Source: a virus
Taxonomy: Duplodnaviria; Caudoviricetes
IMG/VR virus record: IMGVR_UViG_3300017716_001697
Location: 128,001-192,000 of that record
Length of the DNA stretch: 64,000 nucleotides
Reading direction: 5' to 3' (one strand)
The notes under the pieces are model-generated. The model was given only the letters and a program-made list of their open reading frames with translations. It had not been told where the DNA came from and ran no database searches. Of this stretch, positions 29,082-39,043 are shown piece after piece (within the stretch, counting starts at the first letter, position 1; the number at the start of each line of letters is the position of its first letter). Both the position numbers and the translations under genes were made by a program.

Positions 29082-29669
29082 ATGAAAATATTAGAAATAC
29101 TGCTACCTAAAGAGATAAACGATAAAAGTATCTCTAAGAAACATGCCACCAAGATTGATGTACTACAGAGACGTATGAATGCTTATGTAGATAAGATTGC
29201 CGATCCAAGCACATCAACTAAAGGTAAAGAGTTTCTTAAGGCTAAACTAAAGACTGATTATGACGAATTGCGTGATGTGATTCAAACAGTGTCAGAAGAG
29301 AGTAACACAACTGTGAATGAAGCGGTACATAAACTGCCATTAACTGATGCAGATTTCGATTTAGTGAAGGGCCTAATGGAACGGCCAATTCCGGCAGTTA
29401 TCGCACCTATCTATATAAGTGAAATTATTGATGACGATGAATTCACTAGCTTATTGCAAGAATTTGAAGAGAAGGACCCGGGCGCAGATATGAGGCCACA
29501 TATTGTAGATTGGATGAAACGTGTCATGCCGGACCAGATGCATAGATTCTATGGTGGTCAGACAACAAAACAACGCGCCGGCCAAACTTCGGTAATTCAC
29601 GGATATGACCCACAGATGTATCACGGGTCAAACGAGGCAACTACTGGTAATGCATACGGTAGGATATAA
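29082..29669 (+). CDS. late hypothetical protein (MKILEILL N-terminus)
   Basis: Probable start 29082 immediately after the late promoter. Confidence 0.75.
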   Translation: MKILEILLPKEINDKSISKKHATKIDVLQRRMNAYVDKIADPSTSTKGKEFLKAKLKTDYDELRDVIQTVSEESNTTVNEAVHKLPLTDADFDLVKGLMERPIPAVIAPIYISEIIDDDEFTSLLQEFEEKDPGADMRPHIVDWMKRVMPDQMHRFYGGQTTKQRAGQTSVIHGYDPQMYHGSNEATTGNAYGRI

Positions 29670-30259
29670 TGCGTTTATTTGAACTTATCTGTGAGAGTAG
29701 GAGTGCAGATTTGTATCACGGTACAAATATGACAAAATTGACAAGAATGTTGCACGATAATGTCTTGGTTGCACAAACACCAATTCATAATGAGAACATT
29801 CCGAAAGAATTCAAAGGATTGACGCGTACTGTTTCTTTAACAAGAAACGCTGGCATGGCTACTAATTTCGCAAGAAGTAAAGCAGGTGGCGAGCAAGGTA
29901 TTGACTCGATCCCTGTTGTTATTGTGTTAGACCAAGATAAATTACACAGAAAATTAGGTAGGCGCATTAGGCCGTATAACGATCTAGCTTCACTTGCTCA
30001 TTCAACTGAACGAGCAGCAGGTGGCGGCGAATACGAAGAAGTTGTATTTGGTAGCATAAACGATATAAATTCGTATATAAAGAATATAGTTGTTCACATT
30101 AACCCAAATGTGAAGAAAGAAAATATAAAAGATTTTAACAAGGCTAAGATGGTATTCGATGATCCACGTACCGTTGTTGTAGATTTTCTTAATAAGAATC
30201 TCACAGGCAAACAGTTTATGCAACTGACAGCACCAAAACAAGATGTTCCACCTATATAA
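29669..30259 (+). CDS. putative ADP-ribosyltransferase-fold protein
   Basis: LYHGT strand 1, VSLTRN...A.NFA, distal EYEEVV. Confidence 0.5.
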   Translation: MRLFELICESRSADLYHGTNMTKLTRMLHDNVLVAQTPIHNENIPKEFKGLTRTVSLTRNAGMATNFARSKAGGEQGIDSIPVVIVLDQDKLHRKLGRRIRPYNDLASLAHSTERAAGGGEYEEVVFGSINDINSYIKNIVVHINPNVKKENIKDFNKAKMVFDDPRTVVVDFLNKNLTGKQFMQLTAPKQDVPPI

Positions 30260-30812
30260 ACTATCAGCAATTATAGCCACCACCTTATTAGTTGGGTGTG
30301 GCACATTAGGCACAGCACCAGTTGCCCCTGATGCAGAAATACTCAAGAGTGTACCGACGAGATCCATTGTGCTCGAAACTCAGGCATTGCTGCCGCATGC
30401 CGAAATGGCTATGTCAGCAATGCCTTCCGAACCAATTGTTGAAAGAGTTGAGGTCACCGGGAGTAGATTATCATCGGAGTCTGTCAAGTCATTCATACCT
30501 ACAACCAAGAAAGCAGTTAAAGTAATTAAGGCCGTGAAGGATGCATTAGCTGACGAGACAGCACCTACCGCACCACCTAGCACAGCACCTACCGCTACAC
30601 CAACCGCACCCGGTCCTACTCCGCGCCCCGCACAGACAGGTGCTAAACTACAGGTATTAGGTATAGATTTAGAGTTCTGGGTAGGTAACGATGACAACTG
30701 GAGTACAGTTTGGAAATTAATTGTCCTTGTGCTATTTGTATATGGTGGATTACGATTTATCAACCTAATAGTGACATACCTCGGTTCAATAACTTTAAGA
30801 ACACAATCATGA
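30243..30812 (+). CDS. lipoprotein with TonB-box-like segment, Pro-rich linker and C-terminal TM helix
   Basis: Lipobox LVG-C; [11 protein letters not shown]; [18 protein letters not shown]; hydrophobic C-terminus. Confidence 0.65.
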   Translation: MFHLYKLSAIIATTLLVGCGTLGTAPVAPDAEILKSVPTRSIVLETQALLPHAEMAMSAMPSEPIVERVEVTGSRLSSESVKSFIPTTKKAVKVIKAVKDALADETAPTAPPSTAPTATPTAPGPTPRPAQTGAKLQVLGIDLEFWVGNDDNWSTVWKLIVLVLFVYGGLRFINLIVTYLGSITLRTQS

Positions 30813-31132
30813 TAACAATAACAGAAACAGCAGCAACAAGAATAATCGGCATATTGGCAGAAGAAAATAGCCCTACATCGAGATTAAGAATGTTTGTGCA
30901 GGGTGGCGGGTGTAGTGGATTCTCTTATGGATTTACAATAGATAATGTTGTTAACGAAGACGACACTGCGATCAACGAAAGCAATGTTCCGATAGTAATT
31001 GATTCGATGAGCTATCAGTACCTTGTAGGATGTACCCTTGACTACGAAGAAACATTAATGAATTCCCAATTTGTTATTAAAAATCCCAACAGCAGTTCCA
31101 CATGTGGTTGTGGTTCGAGTTTCTCAGTATAA
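30809..31132 (+). CDS. erpA: A-type Fe-S carrier (ErpA/IscA, HesB family)
   Basis: [17 protein letters not shown] and CGCGSSF; start at 30809. Confidence 0.93.
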   Translation: MITITETAATRIIGILAEENSPTSRLRMFVQGGGCSGFSYGFTIDNVVNEDDTAINESNVPIVIDSMSYQYLVGCTLDYEETLMNSQFVIKNPNSSSTCGCGSSFSV

Positions 31133-31136
31133 CTTT

Positions 31137-31165
31137 TTGACTTTCGTAAACGTGCCTGCTATACT
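31137..31165 (+). promoter_or_regulatory. sigma70-type promoter
   Basis: TTGACT-N17-TATACT with TG extension. Confidence 0.85.
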
Positions 31166-31207
31166 AGCAGCTAATGCTAAGTATATCACTATAGTTCAGG
31201 AGTTAAA

Positions 31208-31459
31208 ATGGCACTTTCAGACGCAAATCTAATCAGATTAAAACAGCTAGTAAATGACGGAGTACAGGTACTTCAGGAATGTGAAGACCTTAAGACAGGT
31301 CTTAGCGAAACAGTAAAAGCAATTGCTGAAGAATTAGAGGTAAAGCCAGCACAGCTTAACAAGGTTATTAAGATTGCACATAAAGCAAATCTTAATAATG
31401 TACGTGCGGATTTTGAAGAGGTAGAAGACCTGCTTACACAACTTGGCAGGGGCATTTAA
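31208..31459 (+). CDS. T4 DsbA/GapR-like dsDNA-binding protein
   Basis: Helical 83 aa; ..LKTGLSETVKAIAEELEVKPAQLNKVIKIAHK; sits directly before the polymerase. Confidence 0.65.
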   Translation: MALSDANLIRLKQLVNDGVQVLQECEDLKTGLSETVKAIAEELEVKPAQLNKVIKIAHKANLNNVRADFEEVEDLLTQLGRGI

Positions 31460-31460
31460 G

Positions 31461-34406
31461 TTGTACGTAGACGCCCTTTTTAAAAAGGGTGGTGAAGCAG
31501 AAGTAATTAGGTTGGTAGAACGTGTAAACGGCCAACGTATTTACTCCGAGTACCCACCTGATTATCATTTCTATCTGAGCGACCCAAAGGGTTCGCATAA
31601 ATCTATATACGGCGATGTAGTTAAGAAAATTGCACCACGCACATATGTAGAAAAACAAAAACTACTAAAAACACTATCTTACAATTCTAAGAAGTGGGAA
31701 AGCGATGTTGATCCCATTTTTAGATGTTTGGAACAGAACTATGCATCTGGCGACGCGCCAGCATTGCATGTAGCATTCTTTGACATTGAAACCAGCTTTG
31801 ATAAGGATTCCGGCTGGTCTGATCCTGCAGATGCTAAAAATTACATAACTTCTGTTTCTATTCACTTACAGTGGATAGACGAAATTATATGTCTTGCTAT
31901 CCCACCAGACACAATGACGTGGGACGAAGCACAAGTGATTGCAACAGAAGTAGGTAATGTAGTCTTATTCGATAAAGAAGAAGACATGTTAAATGCATTC
32001 ATGGATGTCATTGAAGACGCTGATGTGCTAAGTGGTTGGAACAGCGAAGCATACGATATCCCTTATATTGTTAATCGTATTAAACGTGTCTTGGGTAAGC
32101 AGGAGACTAGACGTCTTTGCCTGTGGGATCAACAACCAAAAGTCCGTGAGTTTGAGCGCGGTGGCAAGACACAGCCTACATACGATTTAATTGGTCGTGT
32201 ACACGTTGATTACATGCAATTATATAAGAAGTATAACTACGAAGAACGCCACAGTTATGCACTGAATGCAATTGCAGAAGCCGAATTAGGCGAGAGCAAG
32301 TTGCAGTACGAAGGTACATTAGACGAATTGTATAACGACGATTTTAAAACATTCTTAGAATATAACATTCAAGACACACGTTTGTTAGACAGATTAGACA
32401 AGAAGTTACAATTTATTGACTTAGCTAATTCTATCGCACATTCGAGCTGTGTGCTAATTCAGACGACAATGGGTGCAGTGGCAGTAACTGACCAGAATGT
32501 CTTAATGGAAGCACATCACCGTAATCAAGTGTGCCCTGATAAGAAACACGGCAAGGACAGTGAGGACAACCGTGCAGCGGGTGGCTGGGTGGCAACACCA
32601 CGACGCGGGTTACATAAGTGGCTAGGAAGCACCGACATGAAGTCGCTGTATCCATCTGTTATTAGAACGCTTAATATGAGTCCCGAAACAATTGTGGGAC
32701 AGATTAGGCTTGATCGTACTAATGCTGCAATTGCTGCACACGAAGCCAAAGGTGGCAAATACACATTTGCATCTTGGTGGAACGATAGATTCCATGTGTT
32801 AGAGATGGAAGATTTCTATAATGACGATATTGCTAACAAGCTAACGCTAGAAATGGAGAACGGTGATGTGTTTGAAGTCACTGGTGCCGAATTACGGGAG
32901 TTGATTTTTAACGGTGGTAGACCTTGGTGCATAAGTGCAAACGGCACCATCTTCAGAACTGACGTTGATGGTGTAATTCCATCTCTGCTTACTCGTTGGT
33001 ATAATGAGCGTAAGACCCTACAGGGTATTATGACTAATTACACCTTCATTGAAGATAATCCTAAAATCGAAGGCGTTAAAATACCTGAAGATTTGTTCAC
33101 TTTAGCAGACATCAGCGATGTAGAAGCTAAAGCTAACCCATACCTAGAATCAGAGTCATTTAAACCTAAGAAATTGGCGGAATTAGTGACTGACGGGCAC
33201 AAAAAACGTGTGGTTCAATATATGAATCAGCACAATTTGACAGTGAAGGATGGCAAAGCAATTAGCAGAGATCAACCACTGTTAAAGCGCATTATTGGAT
33301 TCTGGGATAAACGTCAGCTTGTTAAGAAAATTAATCTTAACTCTGCTTATGGCGCTTTACTGAATGCAGGAAGCAGGTTCTTTGATCAACGACTTGGTCA
33401 ATCAACTACGCTTACCGGCCGCACAATTACAAAACATATGGCCGCCAAGACCAACGAAATGATTGTAGGGACGTATGACCACTACGGTGATTCAATTATC
33501 TATGGTGATACAGACTCGTGTTATTTCTCAGCATACCCCATGTTGAAGAGTGAAATTGATCGTGGTGAGATTATATGGACTAAGGAAAGCATTGTTGATT
33601 TGTATAACGACCTGGCTAAATCAGTGTCAGCTACATTTCCAGACTTCTTATTGAAGGCGCTAAATGTACCTGTTAAACGCTCAACCGGTGTTATTGCAAG
33701 TTCGCGTGAAGTTGTTGCTGAGAGTGGTCTATACATTGTTAAGAAACGTTACGCCGTATTGATGTATGAAAAAGATGGTATTAGACTAGACGTAGGTGGT
33801 AAGCCAGGCAAAGTAAAAGCAATGGGCCTGGACTTAAAGCGTGCTGATACTCCTAAGTTTGTGCAGAAATTCTTGTCTGACATTTTGATGGATACGCTAA
33901 CTGACAAGGGCGAGAATTACGTTGTAGATAAGATTCGTATATTCAAGCAACAGTTTGAAGATATGAAACCCTGGCAACAAGGTACACCACGTGCAGTTAA
34001 CAAGCTATCTCATTATAGAGAAAAATTGGCAGATGCAGGTATTAAGAAATTGCAAGGTATTAAGGTTGGCAATTTACATGTACCGGGCCACGTGACAGCA
34101 AGTTTAGCATGGAATCATTTGAAATCATTAAATCACGATCAGCACGCAATGAGTATTGTTGACGGTCAGAAAGTTGTTATCTGTAAACTAAAAGAAACTA
34201 CAGAAAACAGACTGACCAGCATAGCCTATCCTGTTGATGAAGCACATTTGCCAGATTGGTTCTTGAGTTTGCCATTTGACAGTGAAGGAATGCAAGACGG
34301 TATTGTTGACAAGAAAGTTGAGAACTTAGTGGGTTGTTTGAATTGGGATCTTAGCAGAACTCAGAAAGAACATGCACACTTGGCAACACTGTTTGACTTC
34401 AGCTGA
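31461..34406 (+). CDS. family B DNA polymerase
   Basis: Exo I FFDIET; motif A DMKSLYPS, motif B KINLNSAYG, motif C YGDTDS; likely TTG start at 31461. Confidence 0.97.
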   Translation: MYVDALFKKGGEAEVIRLVERVNGQRIYSEYPPDYHFYLSDPKGSHKSIYGDVVKKIAPRTYVEKQKLLKTLSYNSKKWESDVDPIFRCLEQNYASGDAPALHVAFFDIETSFDKDSGWSDPADAKNYITSVSIHLQWIDEIICLAIPPDTMTWDEAQVIATEVGNVVLFDKEEDMLNAFMDVIEDADVLSGWNSEAYDIPYIVNRIKRVLGKQETRRLCLWDQQPKVREFERGGKTQPTYDLIGRVHVDYMQLYKKYNYEERHSYALNAIAEAELGESKLQYEGTLDELYNDDFKTFLEYNIQDTRLLDRLDKKLQFIDLANSIAHSSCVLIQTTMGAVAVTDQNVLMEAHHRNQVCPDKKHGKDSEDNRAAGGWVATPRRGLHKWLGSTDMKSLYPSVIRTLNMSPETIVGQIRLDRTNAAIAAHEAKGGKYTFASWWNDRFHVLEMEDFYNDDIANKLTLEMENGDVFEVTGAELRELIFNGGRPWCISANGTIFRTDVDGVIPSLLTRWYNERKTLQGIMTNYTFIEDNPKIEGVKIPEDLFTLADISDVEAKANPYLESESFKPKKLAELVTDGHKKRVVQYMNQHNLTVKDGKAISRDQPLLKRIIGFWDKRQLVKKINLNSAYGALLNAGSRFFDQRLGQSTTLTGRTITKHMAAKTNEMIVGTYDHYGDSIIYGDTDSCYFSAYPMLKSEIDRGEIIWTKESIVDLYNDLAKSVSATFPDFLLKALNVPVKRSTGVIASSREVVAESGLYIVKKRYAVLMYEKDGIRLDVGGKPGKVKAMGLDLKRADTPKFVQKFLSDILMDTLTDKGENYVVDKIRIFKQQFEDMKPWQQGTPRAVNKLSHYREKLADAGIKKLQGIKVGNLHVPGHVTASLAWNHLKSLNHDQHAMSIVDGQKVVICKLKETTENRLTSIAYPVDEAHLPDWFLSLPFDSEGMQDGIVDKKVENLVGCLNWDLSRTQKEHAHLATLFDFS

Positions 34407-34411
34407 AGTCC

Positions 34412-34440
34412 TTGACTTTCGTGGTATGCTAAGTTATACT
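34412..34440 (+). promoter_or_regulatory. sigma70-type promoter
   Basis: TTGACT-N17-TATACT. Confidence 0.8.
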
Positions 34441-34479
34441 GCATGTTATAAGAACCCCTGATAAAATAAAGGAACAAAA

Positions 34480-35211
34480 ATGTTATTAGACGCACTAAAA
34501 GATATTGTAAAACATACTCACACATTGGGTATTATTGAGATGGTTAAGGTAGTAGGATCTACAGCTGACCTAAAGATCGAAACCAAAGATGCAGATAATA
34601 CTGTTATTATCTACGGCAGCATGTATCAGCCAGTTGCAGGGCTCGAGTCCACTACAGGTTTTTCGCAATTAGCAGTGCTTAAAGGATTCATCGGTATGCA
34701 TGATGGTTCTGATGTAAGCCTTGAATCAGAGACACGCAATAATACGAGCACACTATCGTCTATCAAGTTCGACGATAAGGCAGAATTTATTTCGTCTTAT
34801 CGTCTTATGTCAGAGACAATGATTAACGAACAGGTTAAGGTGCCACCATTTAAGGGTGCAACATGGGACGTCACACTTACGCCAACAAAGGCAGCAGTTA
34901 CTCGTCTAAGCGAATGTTCGGGTATCATTGGTGGATTCGAAAAACGATTCACTGTGAGTGTAGACAAAGGTACATTGAAGTTTAGCGTAGGTACCGGCCC
35001 GACCAATACCACTGTGGTGCCGTTCGCAACAAACATTACAGGTACGTTAAAACATCAGTGGACATATCCATTGGCACAAGTGCTTAGTATCTTAAAGTTA
35101 ACTGAGACATCAACTGCTACAATGAGCTTTTCTGATATGGGCGCATTGAAGATTGATATCGACAGTGGTATCGGTAAGTACAGCTACATCTTACCAGCAG
35201 GCAAGTCCTAA
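34480..35211 (+). CDS. probable sliding clamp (gp45/PCNA-like)
   Basis: 243 aa, alternating beta/alpha pattern, ends YSYILPA, follows PolB; a clamp loader is in the window. Confidence 0.55.
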   Translation: MLLDALKDIVKHTHTLGIIEMVKVVGSTADLKIETKDADNTVIIYGSMYQPVAGLESTTGFSQLAVLKGFIGMHDGSDVSLESETRNNTSTLSSIKFDDKAEFISSYRLMSETMINEQVKVPPFKGATWDVTLTPTKAAVTRLSECSGIIGGFEKRFTVSVDKGTLKFSVGTGPTNTTVVPFATNITGTLKHQWTYPLAQVLSILKLTETSTATMSFSDMGALKIDIDSGIGKYSYILPAGKS

Positions 35212-35483
35212 TGAGCGGCGCACTCGAACCCGGGTGCCTTGCTGTCATCATACAGTCAGTGGATGGCCATTCTACAGGCATGGTTGTACAATGTGTACGT
35301 ATAGCCGGCGAACATTTAAAGTTTGGTACAGTCTGGCATGTTCGCTGCCGCGACAAACTGATTACAGAATATGGAGCAGTAGGCAACGAAGCTGACGTGC
35401 CGGCAATTTGGCTTAAGAAAATAGAGCCCGGCAGTGACCTACTTGTAACAATAAAAGACATACTAAAAACCGAGAAGATCTAA
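35211..35483 (+). CDS. hypothetical protein
   Basis: Coupled ORF. Confidence 0.65.
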   Translation: MSGALEPGCLAVIIQSVDGHSTGMVVQCVRIAGEHLKFGTVWHVRCRDKLITEYGAVGNEADVPAIWLKKIEPGSDLLVTIKDILKTEKI

Positions 35484-35490
35484 ATACAAT

Positions 35491-37086
35491 ATGACAAACA
35501 ACAGAACAAACTTTACGGAACGACACCTACACGGCGGTTGGGCAAAGTATCTTCCAGCAATTAGTGGATTTTACACAACACATTTAGGTAAGGATTTAGC
35601 CGATCCTGAATTCATCCCTGATTCTCGCGTACCTAAGGGATTTGAATTCGGTATGCAAGGACTGAACTTCTTTAAAGAAGACAATAATTATTTTAATTAC
35701 AAATTTGGTCTATTTTCAGCAGGTCATGCAGAAAGAAATCTTGCTAAGTGTAATGCCCGCGAACCGATGATTCACGATCGCGATCGTGAGAAGACGATCT
35801 TAATTGGTGACTCGGGTGGATTTCAAATTGCTACAGGTGTCATTAAAGTTGACTGGGCTACAGTGCAAACCCCGGCAGGTGATAAGTTGCGTGAAGAAAT
35901 TCTACGATATCTAGAGCATACATCGGATTGGTCGATGACATTAGACGTGCCGGCGTTCGCGGCAGAGCCACCGCTTAGTGCAAAAACTGGGTTAACAAAA
36001 TTCTCTGATTGTTTAGATGTTACTATGTATAATCTAGTATACTTCATGGAGAATCGTATCCCAGGTAAGACAAAGTTTTTGAATGTATTATCGGGTTCCG
36101 ACGCCGATAATTCCAAAGAGTGGTATGACTCGGTAAAAGTGTTTAGTCAACCACACATGGTCGAAGCGATGGGTTACACAAAAGACCGTACATTCGAAGG
36201 CTGGGCATTCGCTGGTATCAACATGAAACATATGCCGTCAGTGCTTAATCGTCTCTTAAACTTGCGCGATGACGGGCTATTAGCAGACAAAGATTGGATT
36301 CACTTCCTGGGCATTGGTCGACTAGATTGGGCATGTTATTTGACTTCTATTGAACGTGTATTAAGGAAACATTACAATCCCGATATCAATATTAGCTTCG
36401 ATGCAGCATCTCCCTTCGTTGCCGCTGGCGGCTATGCGTTATCGTATAACTATAACAAATTCAGCCCAGGCCAATTAACATATGCAATGGGCCGCGGAAT
36501 CGATGATAAGGGCGAGAAGGGTTCTACAGCAGCTATGCCGTTTCAGAGCCCCATTTATGATCGATTAACAGTTGGCGATATGTGTGTAATGGGGCCTAAT
36601 GATGCAAATAAACACGGCAAGATAGGAAACACAAGTTGGGATACAACGTCGTATGCATTGGTAATGGCACACAATGTTTACAATCATATTCAAGCTATAC
36701 AAGAAGTTAATAGACTTGCTGACGTCGAGTATGCCACAACTGCTAACCAAGATTTTAGACAATGGTTTGCACATCGTGGCAAGAAGATGAAGGCGCAGGA
36801 TACCAACAAAAGTGACTTTATCCCTAACGAAATAATCTTTATGAATAATTTCATTGAAGAACTGTTTGATCCTTCCACAAAAGATCCATACGGTATGATT
36901 GTTACTTATGCTGAATTATTAGAAAAGGTCAGTTTCACTAAGTTGGTAACTAAAAATAAATTAGACAGTAAACTATTTGAACTTGATGTATTTAACGGAA
37001 ATATCAATATACCCGATATTGACCAATTAGCAGTTTCAGATGATACACACTTAGTTGATAAATTAGCAGAAGACGATGAAACATGA
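35491..37086 (+). CDS. TGT-fold guanine transglycosylase (DpdA-like)
   Basis: GDSGGFQ, MTLDVP, FLNVLSG, GWAFAG, HFLG, SFDAASP (both catalytic Asp positions), AHN; no CxCxxC zinc motif. Confidence 0.8.
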   Translation: MTNNRTNFTERHLHGGWAKYLPAISGFYTTHLGKDLADPEFIPDSRVPKGFEFGMQGLNFFKEDNNYFNYKFGLFSAGHAERNLAKCNAREPMIHDRDREKTILIGDSGGFQIATGVIKVDWATVQTPAGDKLREEILRYLEHTSDWSMTLDVPAFAAEPPLSAKTGLTKFSDCLDVTMYNLVYFMENRIPGKTKFLNVLSGSDADNSKEWYDSVKVFSQPHMVEAMGYTKDRTFEGWAFAGINMKHMPSVLNRLLNLRDDGLLADKDWIHFLGIGRLDWACYLTSIERVLRKHYNPDINISFDAASPFVAAGGYALSYNYNKFSPGQLTYAMGRGIDDKGEKGSTAAMPFQSPIYDRLTVGDMCVMGPNDANKHGKIGNTSWDTTSYALVMAHNVYNHIQAIQEVNRLADVEYATTANQDFRQWFAHRGKKMKAQDTNKSDFIPNEIIFMNNFIEELFDPSTKDPYGMIVTYAELLEKVSFTKLVTKNKLDSKLFELDVFNGNINIPDIDQLAVSDDTHLVDKLAEDDET

Positions 37087-37291
37087 TTTACAATCCAGGA
37101 TAGACTCTGTTGAGAATATGATGCGTATTCAACAGAGTTGCTTGGAGCGTGGATATATGCACGGCATGATGAATGGGCTTATATGTGCCCATGCTGCATT
37201 TACTAATACAGATCCGGAGTTTGTTAAAATGCCGCACCGGAAGGTACAGATAAGGCACAAAGCAAGGAAATTACCTTCACGTAATGATTAA
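37076..37291 (+). CDS. hypothetical protein
   Basis: Overlapping ORF. Confidence 0.6.
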   Translation: MKHDLQSRIDSVENMMRIQQSCLERGYMHGMMNGLICAHAAFTNTDPEFVKMPHRKVQIRHKARKLPSRND

Positions 37292-37342
37292 ATTCTTATT
37301 AGGTGTCTTGTTTTCCACATTAATATAAGCTATAGTCACTAA

Positions 37343-37783
37343 ATGACAAAATACGCAACAAACACTAAGGAACCATCGGAGATGTTTCTTAATTCTATAA
37401 CATCGGGCGGTGGCTCACATTACATGGTCTGCGGCAACTGTGGCCGGACACATTATTGCCCTGATTCGGTTGCTGTAGGAGACGACGGATCTGATACCGA
37501 TGAAGACGATGTATACAAAAATTATCTTCAAGAGGCCCTACTTGACCAAAAGAACGACCCCGACGGTGTAGTGATACATCACGGGGTTGATTTCGTTGCT
37601 ACAAAAGATCTCCGTGGCATAGCTTTTGTATTAGAGTGTCCGTGTAATGGGCTAACAAAATACGAAGAGTTTATTTGGGACAACAAGGATCCTATTCGTC
37701 GATATTTGAAGGCACGGATTGATCAGGAACATGCATGGGCATTAGAACAGTTAACATTAAACAAACTAGCAGGAATAAAATGA
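37343..37783 (+). CDS. Cys-containing hypothetical protein
   Basis: CxxC..THYC and CPC motifs. Confidence 0.7.
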   Translation: MTKYATNTKEPSEMFLNSITSGGGSHYMVCGNCGRTHYCPDSVAVGDDGSDTDEDDVYKNYLQEALLDQKNDPDGVVIHHGVDFVATKDLRGIAFVLECPCNGLTKYEEFIWDNKDPIRRYLKARIDQEHAWALEQLTLNKLAGIK

Positions 37784-38169
37784 CTAAACAAAAAGTATGG
37801 CCAACACCCGAAACAGCAGCACGTAAGTTTACGGATGAACAATTGAAAGATATGGTGGAAAGCATGACTACACCGAAGAAACATTTATTCATTGTGGATA
37901 CAATTTCCACATTCCGTCTGCGTTATGTTATCGAGGCAGAGAGTCTGGAACATGCATATGACGAAGTTACAATGGTCGACTCTGGTTGCCCTGAAGATGC
38001 ATTTGATGAAGTGACTCAGTTGCACGTAGGCGAGCAAATTATTGATGGTAGAAAAATTTCTAAGAAGAAGTTCGATAAGATGCTTGTAGAATTAGCAGCC
38101 GATGAACGAGAAAGTTGCTCGCACTGGATGGGCGATAAATTAATCCGCAAAATCGACTATACCCGTTAA
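37780..38169 (+). CDS. hypothetical protein
   Basis: Start at 37780 by ATGA overlap. Confidence 0.7.
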   Translation: MTKQKVWPTPETAARKFTDEQLKDMVESMTTPKKHLFIVDTISTFRLRYVIEAESLEHAYDEVTMVDSGCPEDAFDEVTQLHVGEQIIDGRKISKKKFDKMLVELAADERESCSHWMGDKLIRKIDYTR

Positions 38170-38170
38170 T

Positions 38171-38554
38171 ATGCAATTTGAAGATTTAAACCTTAAAGAA
38201 CGTCAGGCGTATGTAAAACACCGTACGCAGGCTAATATGCACATGCTACAGAGCAAGAAGGCTAAGAGCTCGCGTAGCAAATTTCACCTTAACATGGCAC
38301 AATTTCACAAGAACGCAATGTGTGAATTGTTACAACTGTTTGAAGCTGATCAAATAATTGCAAAATTACAAAGCGTAGGTGATAAGCCGAAACCAGATCC
38401 TGATTCATGGTGGTCTGCCCCAGCCGGCTTCACTGTTTTAAAACAACAGGTAATAGCACACTCCCGGACGTTGCGTGCGCAGTGGTTTTTAGAACCGACA
38501 TTAGATATAGAAATAATAGGCACATATGGGACTATAGTATGGCCAAAGAAATAA
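38171..38554 (+). CDS. hypothetical protein
   Basis: Coupled ORF. Confidence 0.6.
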   Translation: MQFEDLNLKERQAYVKHRTQANMHMLQSKKAKSSRSKFHLNMAQFHKNAMCELLQLFEADQIIAKLQSVGDKPKPDPDSWWSAPAGFTVLKQQVIAHSRTLRAQWFLEPTLDIEIIGTYGTIVWPKK

Positions 38555-38790
38555 TATCTCACAAAGATAAATTAGGGCAACCTATTGAAGAAGGAATGCA
38601 CGTTGTAGCATGCCATAGAAATTCTATCTACATATGCAAGGTAACAAAAGTACACCCTAAACAACTCCGAATACACAATGTATCGAAGAAAGGCTATGGC
38701 AGTGACTCGGATGGATGGTTGGTTTACCCCTTCGAAACTGTTATACTTAGTGGTCCAGATGCACTGGCCTATATTCTAAAATATGCATAA
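38539..38790 (+). CDS. small SH3/KOW-like beta-barrel protein
   Basis: DKLGQPIEEGMHVV...CKVTKVHPKQLRI pattern. Confidence 0.55.
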   Translation: MAKEIISHKDKLGQPIEEGMHVVACHRNSIYICKVTKVHPKQLRIHNVSKKGYGSDSDGWLVYPFETVILSGPDALAYILKYA

Positions 38791-39043
38791 TTCTATAACA
38801 AGAAAACTAACAGCAACATGGACCATCGACGAGGTGGATGTGTTCCCTGTTAGACTAACACCGGCAGAAATCAGTGAATTGTCTGAAGAAGAACAGGCTG
38901 ATCTTATTATAGATAAGCTTACAAATCCGCCTGTGAAGAAAACACTTATGGAAGAAATTGCAGACAGGATTGCAGATCAGATGGCAGCAGATATAGATAA
39001 GGCTGTAATGGATGAACTTATGGGCAATTTAGATGACGTATGA
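38783..39043 (+). CDS. small protein, EADxIIDKL family
   Basis: EEEQADLIIDKLTNPPVKKTL. Confidence 0.65.
   Translation: MHNSITRKLTATWTIDEVDVFPVRLTPAEISELSEEEQADLIIDKLTNPPVKKTLMEEIADRIADQMAADIDKAVMDELMGNLDDV

Noticed and set aside
33033-33299. Intein in the DNA polymerase
   Set aside because: No N-terminal Cys/Ser block, no His-Asn C-terminus and no LAGLIDADG motifs; too short
35491-37086. Canonical tRNA-guanine transglycosylase (tgt)
   Set aside because: It lacks the CxCxxC...H zinc site, is much longer and divergent, and sits among DNA replication genes; DNA targeting is favoured but unproven, so no gene symbol was given
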